A stretch of DNA of 63,749 bases, the filler included, from Craspedostauros australis (Eukaryota): NCBI GenBank assembly GCA_030167865.1. It is 6 parts of 6 records of this genome, joined end to end, with 100 filler letters (N's around TTAATTAATTAA, not from the genome) between each part and the next. Parts side by side here need not be neighbours in the genome. Positions count along the whole stretch, not along the records: positions 43,218 to 53,825 come from JALAGF010003497.1; positions 53,926 to 63,749 come from JALAGF010003498.1; 4 more parts are not named here. One strand, 5' to 3'. A program made the translations under genes and the position numbers. Shown in pieces: positions 50,293 to 60,723 of this stretch. Numbering within the stretch: the stretch's first letter is position 1; every line of letters begins with the position of its first letter. The notes beneath the pieces are model-generated. The model ran no database searches and was not told where the DNA came from. It saw only the letters and a program-made list of their open reading frames with translations.

Positions 50293-50665
50293 GGCAGCGA
50301 CGACGATGGTTGGCAGAGCTGTGAAATGAATTTGTGCATTCTATGTAAAGCCCTATTCCAGATTGGAACCTGCAGCACTGATGCCTGTATTGTTAGTGTA
50401 CATGATCATGGTCCATGTTCACATGCATCCAGCATTGCAGAAGGCGCATGTGATGTGTCCTGTGTCTGACACTGATGCCAATTTGGTTGGTAGGGATTGA
50501 ATGAAAGGGTGGGTGCAATTCTGGTGCTGTATGTAGAAGTAGATGTGGTCGTATTAAAGGCAGTGTATGAATGAAACTGAAAGAAATGGTATGCAAATGA
50601 CAAAATGTGCAGGAATGAGTAAGAATGGCAGTGTGCCAAGGCAGGTTTTGAATTGGTTGGCACCA

Positions 50666-51577
50666 TTAGTTGCTGTCGTTGTGCTTGTTGGACATGGCCT
50701 GCCTGAAGGATGCCAACTTGGATACGAGGGTCTGCTGATCTTTGTGGAGATTCCCATTCTCCGCACACATCATGTCACAGTATTCCACCTGGCGCTGGTT
50801 CATTTCCATCATGAGCTTCTGCTGGTGTAGAACGACTTGCAGCAGCTGATTGTTGTTCTGGGTCTGTGCAGAAGCTCCAGGAGGAGTGGGTGTGGGAGGT
50901 GGGGCAGCAATGGTAGGAGACGCTGTTGTTGCATTCATGAGATTTGGTGGGTGGAGTTGAGGTGGTGGGGGCTGGATGGAGGCAAGCCACTCTGTGAGGC
51001 CATTTTGTGTCTGTTCGAGCCTCTCCATGATCGCTGAAGTTGCGGTCATTTGCGCTTCCGCGGAAACCCTTGTTATGCTGTAAGGGGTCTTCTTTGGAGG
51101 CTGGTTGGCGCTGCCAGTCGAGGCAGGATTGCCATGCCCATTTTCGACGCCCTCGGTCTTGTTGGTGTTGGCTCGTTTCTTGTTGGCCAGACACAAGCCA
51201 AGCATGCAATTCGCTTGGCTATTCGTGAATCTGCGGCAGCCCTGAATTCGGATTTCTACTGCTGTGGCATCATCTTTGTAGCTCTTCCGCTCCTGTTGCA
51301 CTGCTGTCAGAAGAATCAACCATGGAGTGTATGCCTCCGTGGTCCCACTCTTGTGTTTGGGATCAGAGTTGTACCACAGCGTGAACTTCATCAATTTAGC
51401 GAAATGGCAAGAGATCGACTTTTGCTGTGGGGTAGTGCTGAAGTTGTTGGGATGGTTCTTCTGGAGTAGCCAGCAGATGGAACTCCATTTCATGCCAATG
51501 GGTGGAATCCACGGCTTTGCTGTAGTCTCCAAAATGGTCTGGATGAGACAGACGTCGTGTGGATGTGGGACAAACAA
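50666..51577 (-). CDS. Harbinger second ORF (Myb/SANT-like accessory protein)
   Basis: Convergent with the transposase. KPW...KWSSIC...L...HFAKLM...KSGTTEAYT.W..LL pattern followed by a low-complexity, Q-rich helical tail. Confidence 0.65.
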   Translation of the reverse strand: MFVPHPHDVCLIQTILETTAKPWIPPIGMKWSSICWLLQKNHPNNFSTTPQQKSISCHFAKLMKFTLWYNSDPKHKSGTTEAYTPWLILLTAVQQERKSYKDDATAVEIRIQGCRRFTNSQANCMLGLCLANKKRANTNKTEGVENGHGNPASTGSANQPPKKTPYSITRVSAEAQMTATSAIMERLEQTQNGLTEWLASIQPPPPQLHPPNLMNATTASPTIAAPPPTPTPPGASAQTQNNNQLLQVVLHQQKLMMEMNQRQVEYCDMMCAENGNLHKDQQTLVSKLASFRQAMSNKHNDSN

Positions 51578-52856
51578 CCAAGGTTAGATTGTTGGATCCC
51601 CATCATTGTCATATTTCAGGTTGGTACATTGACAGGGACAGGAGGCCTTGCATGGGGATGCCTTGATGAGAGAGGTCTCCTTCACCACAGGAGATGAAGC
51701 TGCAATGGCTGTTGGGGGAGGGGTGCTGTTGGCTATGGTACTGTTGGAAGGGGCCAGAGTTGTGGTTTTCCCATTCTTACGCCGAAGAGCAAGTAATGGA
51801 ATCAAACGAGTCGCGTAGCTCGTACTGGTCAAAAATTCTGTGACCGTACAGTCACAAGCAACCGAGGCAGAGTGCTTGTGGCTGAAACAACACAAGGGTG
51901 AGAAAACAGAGCCTGTGTCTTTGTTGGATTCATGGTGTGCGGTCATAATCTGGTTCACAACAAGGAGTGTATCAGCAATACACCCCTCCCACAGCTACTC
52001 AATAGAAAACTGTCATCTGTGTGCCTGAGAGTGCATTCACTTCGTATCCTGAGCACCCAAGCCAGTTAGAATCATTTGCTGATAAGCACACTTTTGGCGA
52101 CCTGAGGGCATTGGTGTAGGCACAGGGTTGGGAGGAGCCAACTTGGCGTTGTTGCTGCTGGCGTTCGCTGGAGGTGCACGTCATGCCACAACAGGAGGCT
52201 GTGCCAATGTGGGAATGTGTCCCCAGGACACAAAGACCGGTGGCTTGACATCAACAGGGTGGTTGGGACGGATGGACACCATGAAGTGGCATTGCAATCT
52301 GTCATACTCCGTGGTTTGGGGAGGTCCATGGGAGCAGCGCTGTGCGGGATGGCCCAGAAGTGGAGGCAACGGAAGGCTTTTGTGATGGAGGAGATAATGG
52401 TTTTGCGGAGGTGATGCGGAATGAGTGCAGTGGGAAGAGGGCCCAGGAGGAGGTGGCATGCTGTGAATGGGGCGTCGCAGCGGTTGTGGCTCCTACAGTC
52501 GCAATTCGTCCTGCTGTTGCTCCTGCTGTCGTTCCTGTTGCCGCGGTTGTGGGGGAGGTGGCAGACGTGCGCGCGAACCGAACGGAGTCGCCGCAACACA
52601 ACATCACCCCATGGACACAGACGACTCCGAAATAGCCAATGAAAACGCTGTGTTGGTTGCCCACATTTTCCTACGTGTGGGAGTTCGTTTTTGCCGGGAC
52701 TGCGAAAGTGGAAAACAATTTCAATTTGGGTACCCAAATTGGACTTGTTGTCCACTTTCAGAGGGGGTAGTTTGCATGTTGCCCCCAAGAAAAGTAGCTC
52801 TATCAGGTTATTTTGTACTTTGGGACTGGGAAATTGGAATGCGATAATCCTCTTGT

Positions 52857-53547
52857 AGCGAATTCTCGCAGCCCGATTTCGGAGTCCCGCGGAGGAATCA
52901 TAATCAGATAGAGACATTTTTGTGGGGTCGCCCCGAAAACCATAATCGGAATCCGATTTCAAATGGGCTCCTGAAACCGGGATATTCATTTCTTCCCCAT
53001 TTCGTTGTGTCCCGCAAAAGTGTCTTCCACGTGTAGCGATTTCGAAGCTGACCAATCACATTTTTGCTTTCTTTGTAGACTGTGTTCTTCTGTCCAGAAG
53101 TAGGCTGCTCACGCATGTCAATGAGGTTGGTTGCTGCGTCCATGAACGCAAGTGTTGGAAATCCGGGGTTAGGTAGTAGATTAATCTCTTATCAATCTGT
53201 ACCAATTTAGAACTGTGAGAACAAACTCCTTGACTCTCCAATTCCAGTTCAGCAGCAAGTGTAATCTGTAGCAGTTCACCATGATCATGCACTTGTTCAT
53301 GGTTGCTTTCGTCTGCTTCATCAGCTTGCTCTCATGCTCTCTTCTGCAGGTTCATCATGCGTCATCGTGGTGATTTGCATCTTCTACATTCGAGCAGCAT
53401 CTCTCATAGACGCACAGGTACCTTCAGCATGGGTCTCAGTCTGATCGATCCCACTTGACCTTTGGTTCCTCAGTATTCCACCTGCGCCATCATCACATAC
53501 TCACCGGTCATGTTCAATGCATGTCGCGTCGTCATTCGTGCTCTTGA
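52857..53547. mobile_element. End of a second related TIR element in the opposite orientation, running into a gap
   Basis: The reverse complement of 52857-52930 aligns with 52780-52853 and 36025-36108. Confidence 0.6.
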
Positions 53548-53655
53548 NNNNNNNNNNNNNNNNNNNNNNNNNNNNNNNNNNNNNNNNNNNNNNNNNNNNN
53601 NNNNNNNNNNNNNNNNNNNNNNNNNNNNNNNNNNNNNNNNNNNNNNNNNNNNNNN
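53548..53655. other. Assembly gap (108 N, no linker)
   Basis: Plain N-run. Confidence 0.97.
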
Positions 53656-53825
53656 CATAGTCTTGGCTCATGTGCGATTACATCCCTAGAGGTCGATCCA
53701 TAGGTTCGCCCTCATTACAGCGGTGGTACATGGATAGGCTTCATGGTGGGACATGACTGATGTTGATGTCATTCATGAACAGAGGGTTGATGGGGGACAG
53801 GCTGCAAGGTGGTCCGAGTGTTACC

Positions 53826-53925
53826 NNNNNNNNNNNNNNNNNNNNNNNNNNNNNNNNNNNNNNNNNNNNTTAATTAATTAANNNNNNNNNNNNNNNNNNN
53901 NNNNNNNNNNNNNNNNNNNNNNNNN
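53826..53925. other. Assembly gap with linker
   Basis: N-run containing TTAATTAATTAA. Confidence 0.97.
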
Positions 53926-54091
53926 CATCCATACATGGTTTTTGCTGTTGTGCTGCAGCAATTGATGTGCTTCTCAGAAACAAGTTGGTCAGTTGAGTGT
54001 GCCCACTCTCCTGCTTCCTCCTTTTCGTGGCTATAGTGATGATATTGCCAAATACATCTTGCAATGTCTCCAAGGAAGTCGCCACAGAGCT

Positions 54092-57000
54092 TCAATGGTT
54101 AAGCATGTTTTGGTAGTTTGCCAATGTGGTGGCCCGGTCGAGGTCGGCGGAAGTATGGATGTCTTGTGTGCAACAGTAGTGCATCAGCTTGTGCAGAAAC
54201 AACATGACGACTTCGAGAATGCGCACCACGGCTTGGCATTGAAATGTATCAAATGGTGGGTGTGCTTTGTGTTGCGTCGCCATCCTGGAGACGACATCGG
54301 ATCCACCTTTCAAGGCATTCAAGCGAGATATGATGCTGGGCACGAAAGTGTGCACGTGTGGAATAGGGATGGGCAATTCCTGGCATGCCTTCCAGATCTT
54401 GAGCGTGTGTGACACATCTTCCACTGTCAATGCCGCGATGTGCTGCCCTCCCAAGGAGCGTACCTTTGGGTTGCGCTCTGATGACAGATATGTTTGCAGC
54501 GACTTCCCTGAGCTGGTAGCAGCAAGGGATCCATTTGTGTATGCGAAATCCAGCTTGAACCGGTACAAATCCTGCAGTACAATCTGATAGGATGAAAGGA
54601 GCGCCGGTGGGAATCTTGTTGACATGGACCTCATTATGTTCGCAGTAGAGTCACCTGCCAGCATTCAATTGGAACAGACAGATTTGTGCAATCGCATTCG
54701 AAATAGAGAGAATGCAGGAGTGAGGACGTGGTGCCAACGATGTGAGTAGTCATGGCATTTGCACGCTGTATATGGAAGCACTCACCAATCACCATCATGG
54801 CACAAGAGACTCCAAACACGAATGCATGATGGAGGAGTTGTATCATCTCTGCGTCCTTCTCAAACAGAGCTCTCCATTCATCGCTCTGTGCATGAAGGAA
54901 CACGTGGCCCATGCCATCGAGGTTGTGCTCTCTGTTCGCCTTGAGCTGATGGAGTTTCTCAACATTTTCTGTGGCTGGTGTAGTTCTTGTCTTCATCTCA
55001 ATCACGAACACCTCGTCGGTGCTGTCGTCATTGGGATCACCGACGATGGCAAGGAAATCTACAGAGGCGCGAGCATATTTCCTTGACGTGCTGTGCACCA
55101 CTCCTGCTCGGTAGGAGGCCTTGACCTGTCCGTTTTTGCCACCCACTCCAGCACAATCCAGCGCTCTTTTCATCAGGGGGACTTCGTTGGTATGTCCAAG
55201 CTTCACGGTCTTGGCTTGTTTTCCACGGATGCCCTTCATGAACCATGACTGCAGCATGGTGGTTGACAGCTTGTCATCAAGAGCGGTCATCCATGGGGTG
55301 AGGCCAGTTCTGCCCTCATCGTCATTCGACTCCTTGTCATTTTCCAATTCTTTCAGTCTCAAAGCTATCAATCTCTCAATCATCTGTTCTCTGTTGAGTT
55401 TGATTAGCTTCACCCTTGGTAGACGTTGCTTCAGTTCCTTTTTGAGTGTTGCGTCGGCCACAGCAACGAATTGCCTCCGGACCTTGTCAGATTCTTCAAG
55501 AACGGTTCGAAGCATGGTGCACCGCGTTGCCCTGGACCTTTTTGTCTTGTTCTGATAGAACAATCGCATGAGCTCCACAAAGTCTTCATCACACATGGTA
55601 TCAGCTTGGTCAGCGGTAGAGTTGATAGATGCAAGGAGTGCAGCTTCCGTTTCTGTGGAGTCGAAATCGGGCCGTGTTAGGTTGTTAAACATGGCAACAG
55701 CTTTCAGCCTTCGTGTTTCCATTGCCAAGGCCTCTGAATACTCAGCCTTCAGCTTCACCACATCCCTCCCAATGTACTGACCAATTGTCTCCCATGCCAC
55801 TTGATTGAATGTGTTGTGATTGACAGGATTGCACCACTCTCCACTGTCAAGTACGGCTTTGATCATAGCAAAGACTGATGTGCTTGTAAAAGCAAATCGC
55901 CGATGTACGAACCACAAGTGATCGCCCTGCGCACAAGTCAACCCATCCACGGGCAGCTCCCAGATTTTGTTGGCCCATGCTTGTTTCGCCAATGCTGCAG
56001 CAGCAGAGATGGCCGCTGCTGCACTGTTGGCAGGTTGTCTGCTTGCATTTCCAACAGCCGAGGAGAGGTTGGTATTGACCGTGCAAAGTTGGAAGAAGTG
56101 CGGATATTGAGGCGACCGTCGATCGTCACCATGTGCTCCATTGACGATGTTGTGGTACTTTGTTGCATCACTTGCACTGGACAGGTTGAGATCCCATTCG
56201 AAATCGCCCGCTGTGGTAGAGACCGCAAGGACGTTCTTGTTGTTGCAGCGGTATGAGAAACATTTCAGCTGGCGATTGCCAATTGAAGTGCTCTCGGCAA
56301 TCTTGAGGAGTCTGGGTCCACTGTTCCCAACATTCATGTGGAAGCCTGGCTTCCCACCGGTCGGATTGAAGGTGAATGGCAAATAATGGGAGCGCATGTG
56401 CGTGCCCTCAAGGTCCGCACCCTTCTCTAGCAGTGCAGCGGTCGTTGCCTTGCAGTTGTAACCGCGGTCAGCCATGACGGTGACCATGCGGAGACGCGCG
56501 TCGGCTTGGGCAAGCTGTGCGAAGATCTTTATGCTTTCCGCATCCAGGCTATCACATGATGCAACCAATCCAACCACAAGCCCCGACGCAGAGTGGACAA
56601 TGGTATTCAATGTAATTCTTGTTGTGGAGATAGGATGGAATGAAACCAGGAGAACGGGAGCAAGCACGTGGTGAGAAATGGGATGGAGAATACAGAACAG
56701 ACACGAAACAATACGAAAGGCCCACTTACCCCCTGCGGTTGGCGTGAGTATGCCTCATAGTCTGCAAGCAACTGCTTTTCGCCAGGCTTCTGCAATGCAC
56801 TTTGTCGTCGTCTAAGGTGACAATACGATTGAAAGTGCCATTGCGAAGACAAAGGCTGTGCAGGGTTTGATTGACACCAGTCTCTAGGTCATTCCAAAGG
56901 AACTTATGGCCCACCAATGAAGCTGGATCTCCGTTGATTCGGATCCGTTCCCAGAGAGCTGTGTACTGATGCTTGGAGGGGAAGTTGGGAAGAATGTGTG

Positions 57001-57679
57001 CGTCACCCCCACGAGCATACAGTCGCTTCACAGTTGATGCATTCACCATCTGTGCAGTCATGCAGTAGAGGAATCCCATGTATTCCTCATAGGAAAAGCC
57101 AAGTCCAGCATGCCCAAATGCACTGTTGAATATGGAAGAGGTGGGCCCAAGTACATGGGCAACGAGATCGTGGGGTGTTGGAATGTATGGCTGTGCACCA
57201 GGAATTGGTTTTGGAAAAAGTTCCAACACGCTCTGTCGAATGGAACGGATCTCCTCCTTTGCGTTTTGGAGAAGGAAGTCATGAGCACCACTCACTGTGA
57301 CCTTGGAAGGGTGCTCGTCATCGGCAAGCACCTTCCACTCAACTAATCCATCGTCGCTACCTTTTGGAGGAGGAAGGACGATTTGGTGTGTGTATCCTGC
57401 AAGGGAGCAGGAATGAACACTGTATTGACCAGGAGGGAGTAAAGGGGATGCAGTGGGCGAAACACATTCGTCATCGCTCTTGATGGACACCCCGTAGTCG
57501 TTGTCATCAGCTGGGGGTGCTCCTGAGGCCTCCAACCCGTCGTCCAGAACTTGACCAAACGTAACATTGCTACGAGATGAAGGATCGTTGTCGTGGCGGA
57601 TGCCAGTGGCAAAGGAGATGCGGACCAGAGGCTTGGCATTGGTAGAAGCGCCATGAGCAGCAGAGGGAAGAGATGCCAT
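54092..57679 (-). CDS. piggyBac-like DDD transposase with a nested YqaJ-like PD-(D/E)XK nuclease; exons 56730-57679, 54786-56617, 54092-54654 (1114 aa to the first stop)
   Basis: Two GT-AG introns join three ORFs in frame (950+1832+563 = 3345 nt). Transposase motifs VTLDDDK, ADRGY...LEGTHMR and LNALKGGSD. Nuclease motifs QGDHLWFVHRRFAFTSTS, LGHTNE, ARASVDF, VIEMKT and IQLLHH. Confidence 0.75.
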
Positions 57680-57970
57680 TGGAGAAAGGAACAGAGCGGA
57701 GAAGGAAGGTGTATACGAAGCTTGGGTTGTGGTGATGATGTGGAGAGTGCGCAAGGAAGTGCAACCTGGGGCGTACAGCAGAGAAGCAGAGGGTGAATGA
57801 AGATGAGACATTGATGACTGTGATGGTGAGGAAGAAGTCGAGAGACCACTGACGAAGAGTTGGAGCAAAGGCGAGAATTGGAAGAGTGCTCACAGGCCGA
57901 AAAAGTGGACTTAGTCGAAGTAGTCGGCGAGAAAAGTCTTCGTGTTAATTTACCACACTATTTTTGAGTT

Positions 57971-58053
57971 TGTCTCCTGAGACAAGATTCTTGCTCAACA
58001 TCCGGGTGCCTTGTCTCAGGAGACAAAAAGGCCCGTTTTTGTCTCCTGAGACA
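57971..58053. repeat. Three TGTCTC-NN-GAGACA palindromes; the last two form a perfect 18-bp hairpin
   Basis: Units at 57971-57984, 58012-58025 and 58040-58053. Stem tgtctcaggagacaaaaa / tttttgtctcctgagaca with loop ggcccg. Confidence 0.92.
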
Positions 58054-58115
58054 TGAAAATTTCCTCGTGGATATTTGACCACTCGGATCCCCAATTTCGT
58101 TGACAAGTTTGGTCA

Positions 58116-59182
58116 ATGACCATCACAGACAAAGCCAAAGCAATGCACACGGAGAGTACACCGTACGAATAATACGATCTGCACCCACGATCATCGACGC
58201 TCCCAACAAGCAATACTCCTGCCCCCTGCGCTTGGCCGATCAGAGAACTTGGAGAATTGCAATCCGCACCGTTGAAGAGAACGATCTGCAGAATTGTCGC
58301 GGACAATAGAGATCCAATCAAGGCATCTCACAATCGAGGAGAAGAACGATCTCTCCACGAGTAGAGACAGAGAGCAGCCAGCTCAAGAGACACATCACCA
58401 GGACATCACCATCGTCATTATCATCAAGCGCACCACCGAAGACCTCCAAAGACGGTGACAGCACGCTGCCGCCGCACAACATCTTCCGCGACTCGCCGCT
58501 GCGATACTTGGGATACGCCAATGAAGTCGGCGAATCCTTCCGTTACCAATACCCGCGTTGGGTGATGCCCAGCTACGTCTTGGCCTTCGGATATTGCCTC
58601 GCCGACGCCTGCACGACGGGGTACGACACGTACAATGCGACGCAGAAACCCGTGCCGACAGCCGCGTCGACGATGGACGTGATGCTGTGGCAATCGCTGG
58701 CCAGTGTGGGAATTCCGAGCATGACGATCAATCTCATCGTGCGGTCGTCGCGGTTTGCCTTGGCGCGGACGCCGATGGCAGTGCCTGCCATGACAGTCAA
58801 GTGGATGCCGACGTTCGTGGGGTTGGCCAGCATTCCTTTCATCATTCATCCGATTGACACTGTCGTCGACCATTTCATGGATGGGACGTTTCGGTCGTGG
58901 ACTGGACAGTTGTTGACGAAGGAGATAGAAGAAAGAGCACCACCAAAGTCGACCGACGAGAGGAATGATCGAATGTTGGAGGGAGATGCGATGGATCAGC
59001 ACAAGAGTATTGCGTTGGAGGAAACGACACCGGGAATGGATCGGCAGAATGATCTGGCGCTGTTCAAACGGTCTCCATTCTGTTGGATGTTTGGTGTATG
59101 GTACAGTTCTGAAAGACTCACGCAAGCTCAAAGCGACAATCGAGCATCAACCAATGAGACAAATGTGATCGTTGACACATGA
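58116..59182 (+). CDS. MTFP1: Mitochondrial fission process protein 1 (MTP18) homolog; first exon uncertain (possible intron 58163-58377)
   Basis: NIFRDSPLRYLGYANEVGESFR, GYCLADA, DVMLWQSLASVGIP and IPFIIHPID motifs. Confidence 0.85.
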
Positions 59183-59318
59183 AATGATGCGCGTCCGCGC
59201 AGTTAATTGTAGCGTACGAGCATGCATGGATGCGTGGGTCATTTGATTCCACTCTGTTCTTGCTCGACATGATGGAACGGATCATCGCGCTGTGTATATG
59301 TGTGGCCACTGCTGGTTT

Positions 59319-59807
59319 TCACCGAATCATCCCCGCATCCAACAGGAATTGAATCAGTTCATCCAGCTGCCTATAGATGCGCATCGATTGGCCCGATTTG
59401 GATATCTTGACTACCTCCATCCACGCGCCCTTGAGGGTGGACTTGGTCTTGTAGTGGGTGCTTGAGAAGGATTTGAGAAACCGTCCAATGTCACAATCCA
59501 TCGAACCTTCGTACCGCAGGAACTGCTCCCCCAGCGCCGTCATCTTGTAGCCAAATGGATTGTAGCCAGCCGGGATGATCCAGTCGGCGAGGCTGCCGCC
59601 GCGGATCTGCAGTGGCATTGTGCTCATCGATGATTTGGCGACGAACGCGGATGTCCGATCATTGTGGAGATGGAATGCGCCATGCGAGGCTTCTGAAGGA
59701 AGCGAATGAACCGAGGATGGACGAGCGTGGCATCCGCAGTGAGATATCGCAGTAATCATCACCGCGATGACGGCGAACAGAGAATACGAATGGAGCGTTC
59801 GTGTCAT
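59319..59807 (-). CDS. Hypothetical protein with a signal peptide and an xRGG motif before the presumed mature domain
   Basis: MTRTLHSYSLFAVIAVMITAISHCGCHA...LQIRGG...IPAGYNPFGY followed by a compact globular C-terminus. Confidence 0.65.
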   Translation of the reverse strand: MTRTLHSYSLFAVIAVMITAISHCGCHARPSSVHSLPSEASHGAFHLHNDRTSAFVAKSSMSTMPLQIRGGSLADWIIPAGYNPFGYKMTALGEQFLRYEGSMDCDIGRFLKSFSSTHYKTKSTLKGAWMEVVKISKSGQSMRIYRQLDELIQFLLDAGMIR

Positions 59808-60723
59808 CTTCGCGTTGCTTGGAATTGCGTCTCTTTGGTTGTGATGATGTGCGTCGTTGGTGTGAATGCACAATGGTACTCGAATGTGAGTACGAGTATG
59901 GCAGAGTGCACCCTTGAATAGTATTATAGAATAGTACTCTACTCTCCGCGTGTCGTTTGTACTCGCATCGCGTTGTCCGATTGCGGAATGGGACGGAAAC
60001 AACAGCCAACAGTGAAGATGGCCTCTCTCTGTGTTGAGCAGAGATGTGCACAACAAGGAAGATACCAACGCAACAAATGAGGCACACGCCCGTTGTGATC
60101 CTTTGGACTTTTAGTCCATCGAATCAATTGGAGTCTCTCCCTCTGATGGATCCGTTGATTGATTTTTCGGTGACATCCAAACGCCGAAACGTGGCGTGTT
60201 CCTGTGCGTATCGTGTCACCCCCGATCGGCAAGGTGCCAGCCTTCACACACACATCACACCGCACCACTCGAAGCGCTGCAACTGTATCGACCGAAGCAC
60301 AATAGAATGGTATCGTGGTTGACTCCCCCAAGGCCATCACAGAGGGATGTGCTATGGTATCACATGAAGAGGCGCAACTGCGCAGCGTGGTCAAGTTGGG
60401 CATCATCGAAGGTTGTATCGTGCGAGCGAGCGAGCCAGCGTTGGATCATGATGTGTCTGTCCACGGTCATATCATACCATACCACACCGAACCACACCAA
60501 ACGCAGTGGTGGAACCGCGCAAGTCCATGCAGGCGTGTTGACTGACGACACGTTGCTTCGTGGTCAATGCACAGGATCATGAAATGGAGGACAGCAAACT
60601 TGAGCAGATGAGCTCACAATCGCCATCCAACCGCAACTGATTTGGGACCACATACACTACCTGCTCTATCAGCTCTACTCGTATGATTGCACCACCAACA
60701 GCAACAGTGACAACAAGAAAAGG

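Larger units (their letters stand above)
49200..52853. mobile_element. Two-ORF PIF/Harbinger-type transposon; right end at 52853, left end not found
   Basis: Transposase plus Myb-like ORF plus terminus ...aatgcgataatcctct, which resembles the MITE TIR. Confidence 0.7.
53926..58070 (-). mobile_element. DNA transposon carrying the transposase-nuclease fusion; one terminus visible
   Basis: Second copy at 43218-45197, CpG decay between the copies, subterminal palindromes, and end ...CCTCGTGG|ATAT. Confidence 0.75.

Noticed and set aside
52072..53055. 327-aa minus-strand ORF
   Set aside because: It spans the junction of two transposon termini and has no motifs, so it is probably fortuitous.
53811..53825. 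ggtccgagtgttacc as the partner TIR of 58080-58090
   Set aside because: Only an ~8-bp match, cut by a gap and on a separate small contig; could be chance.
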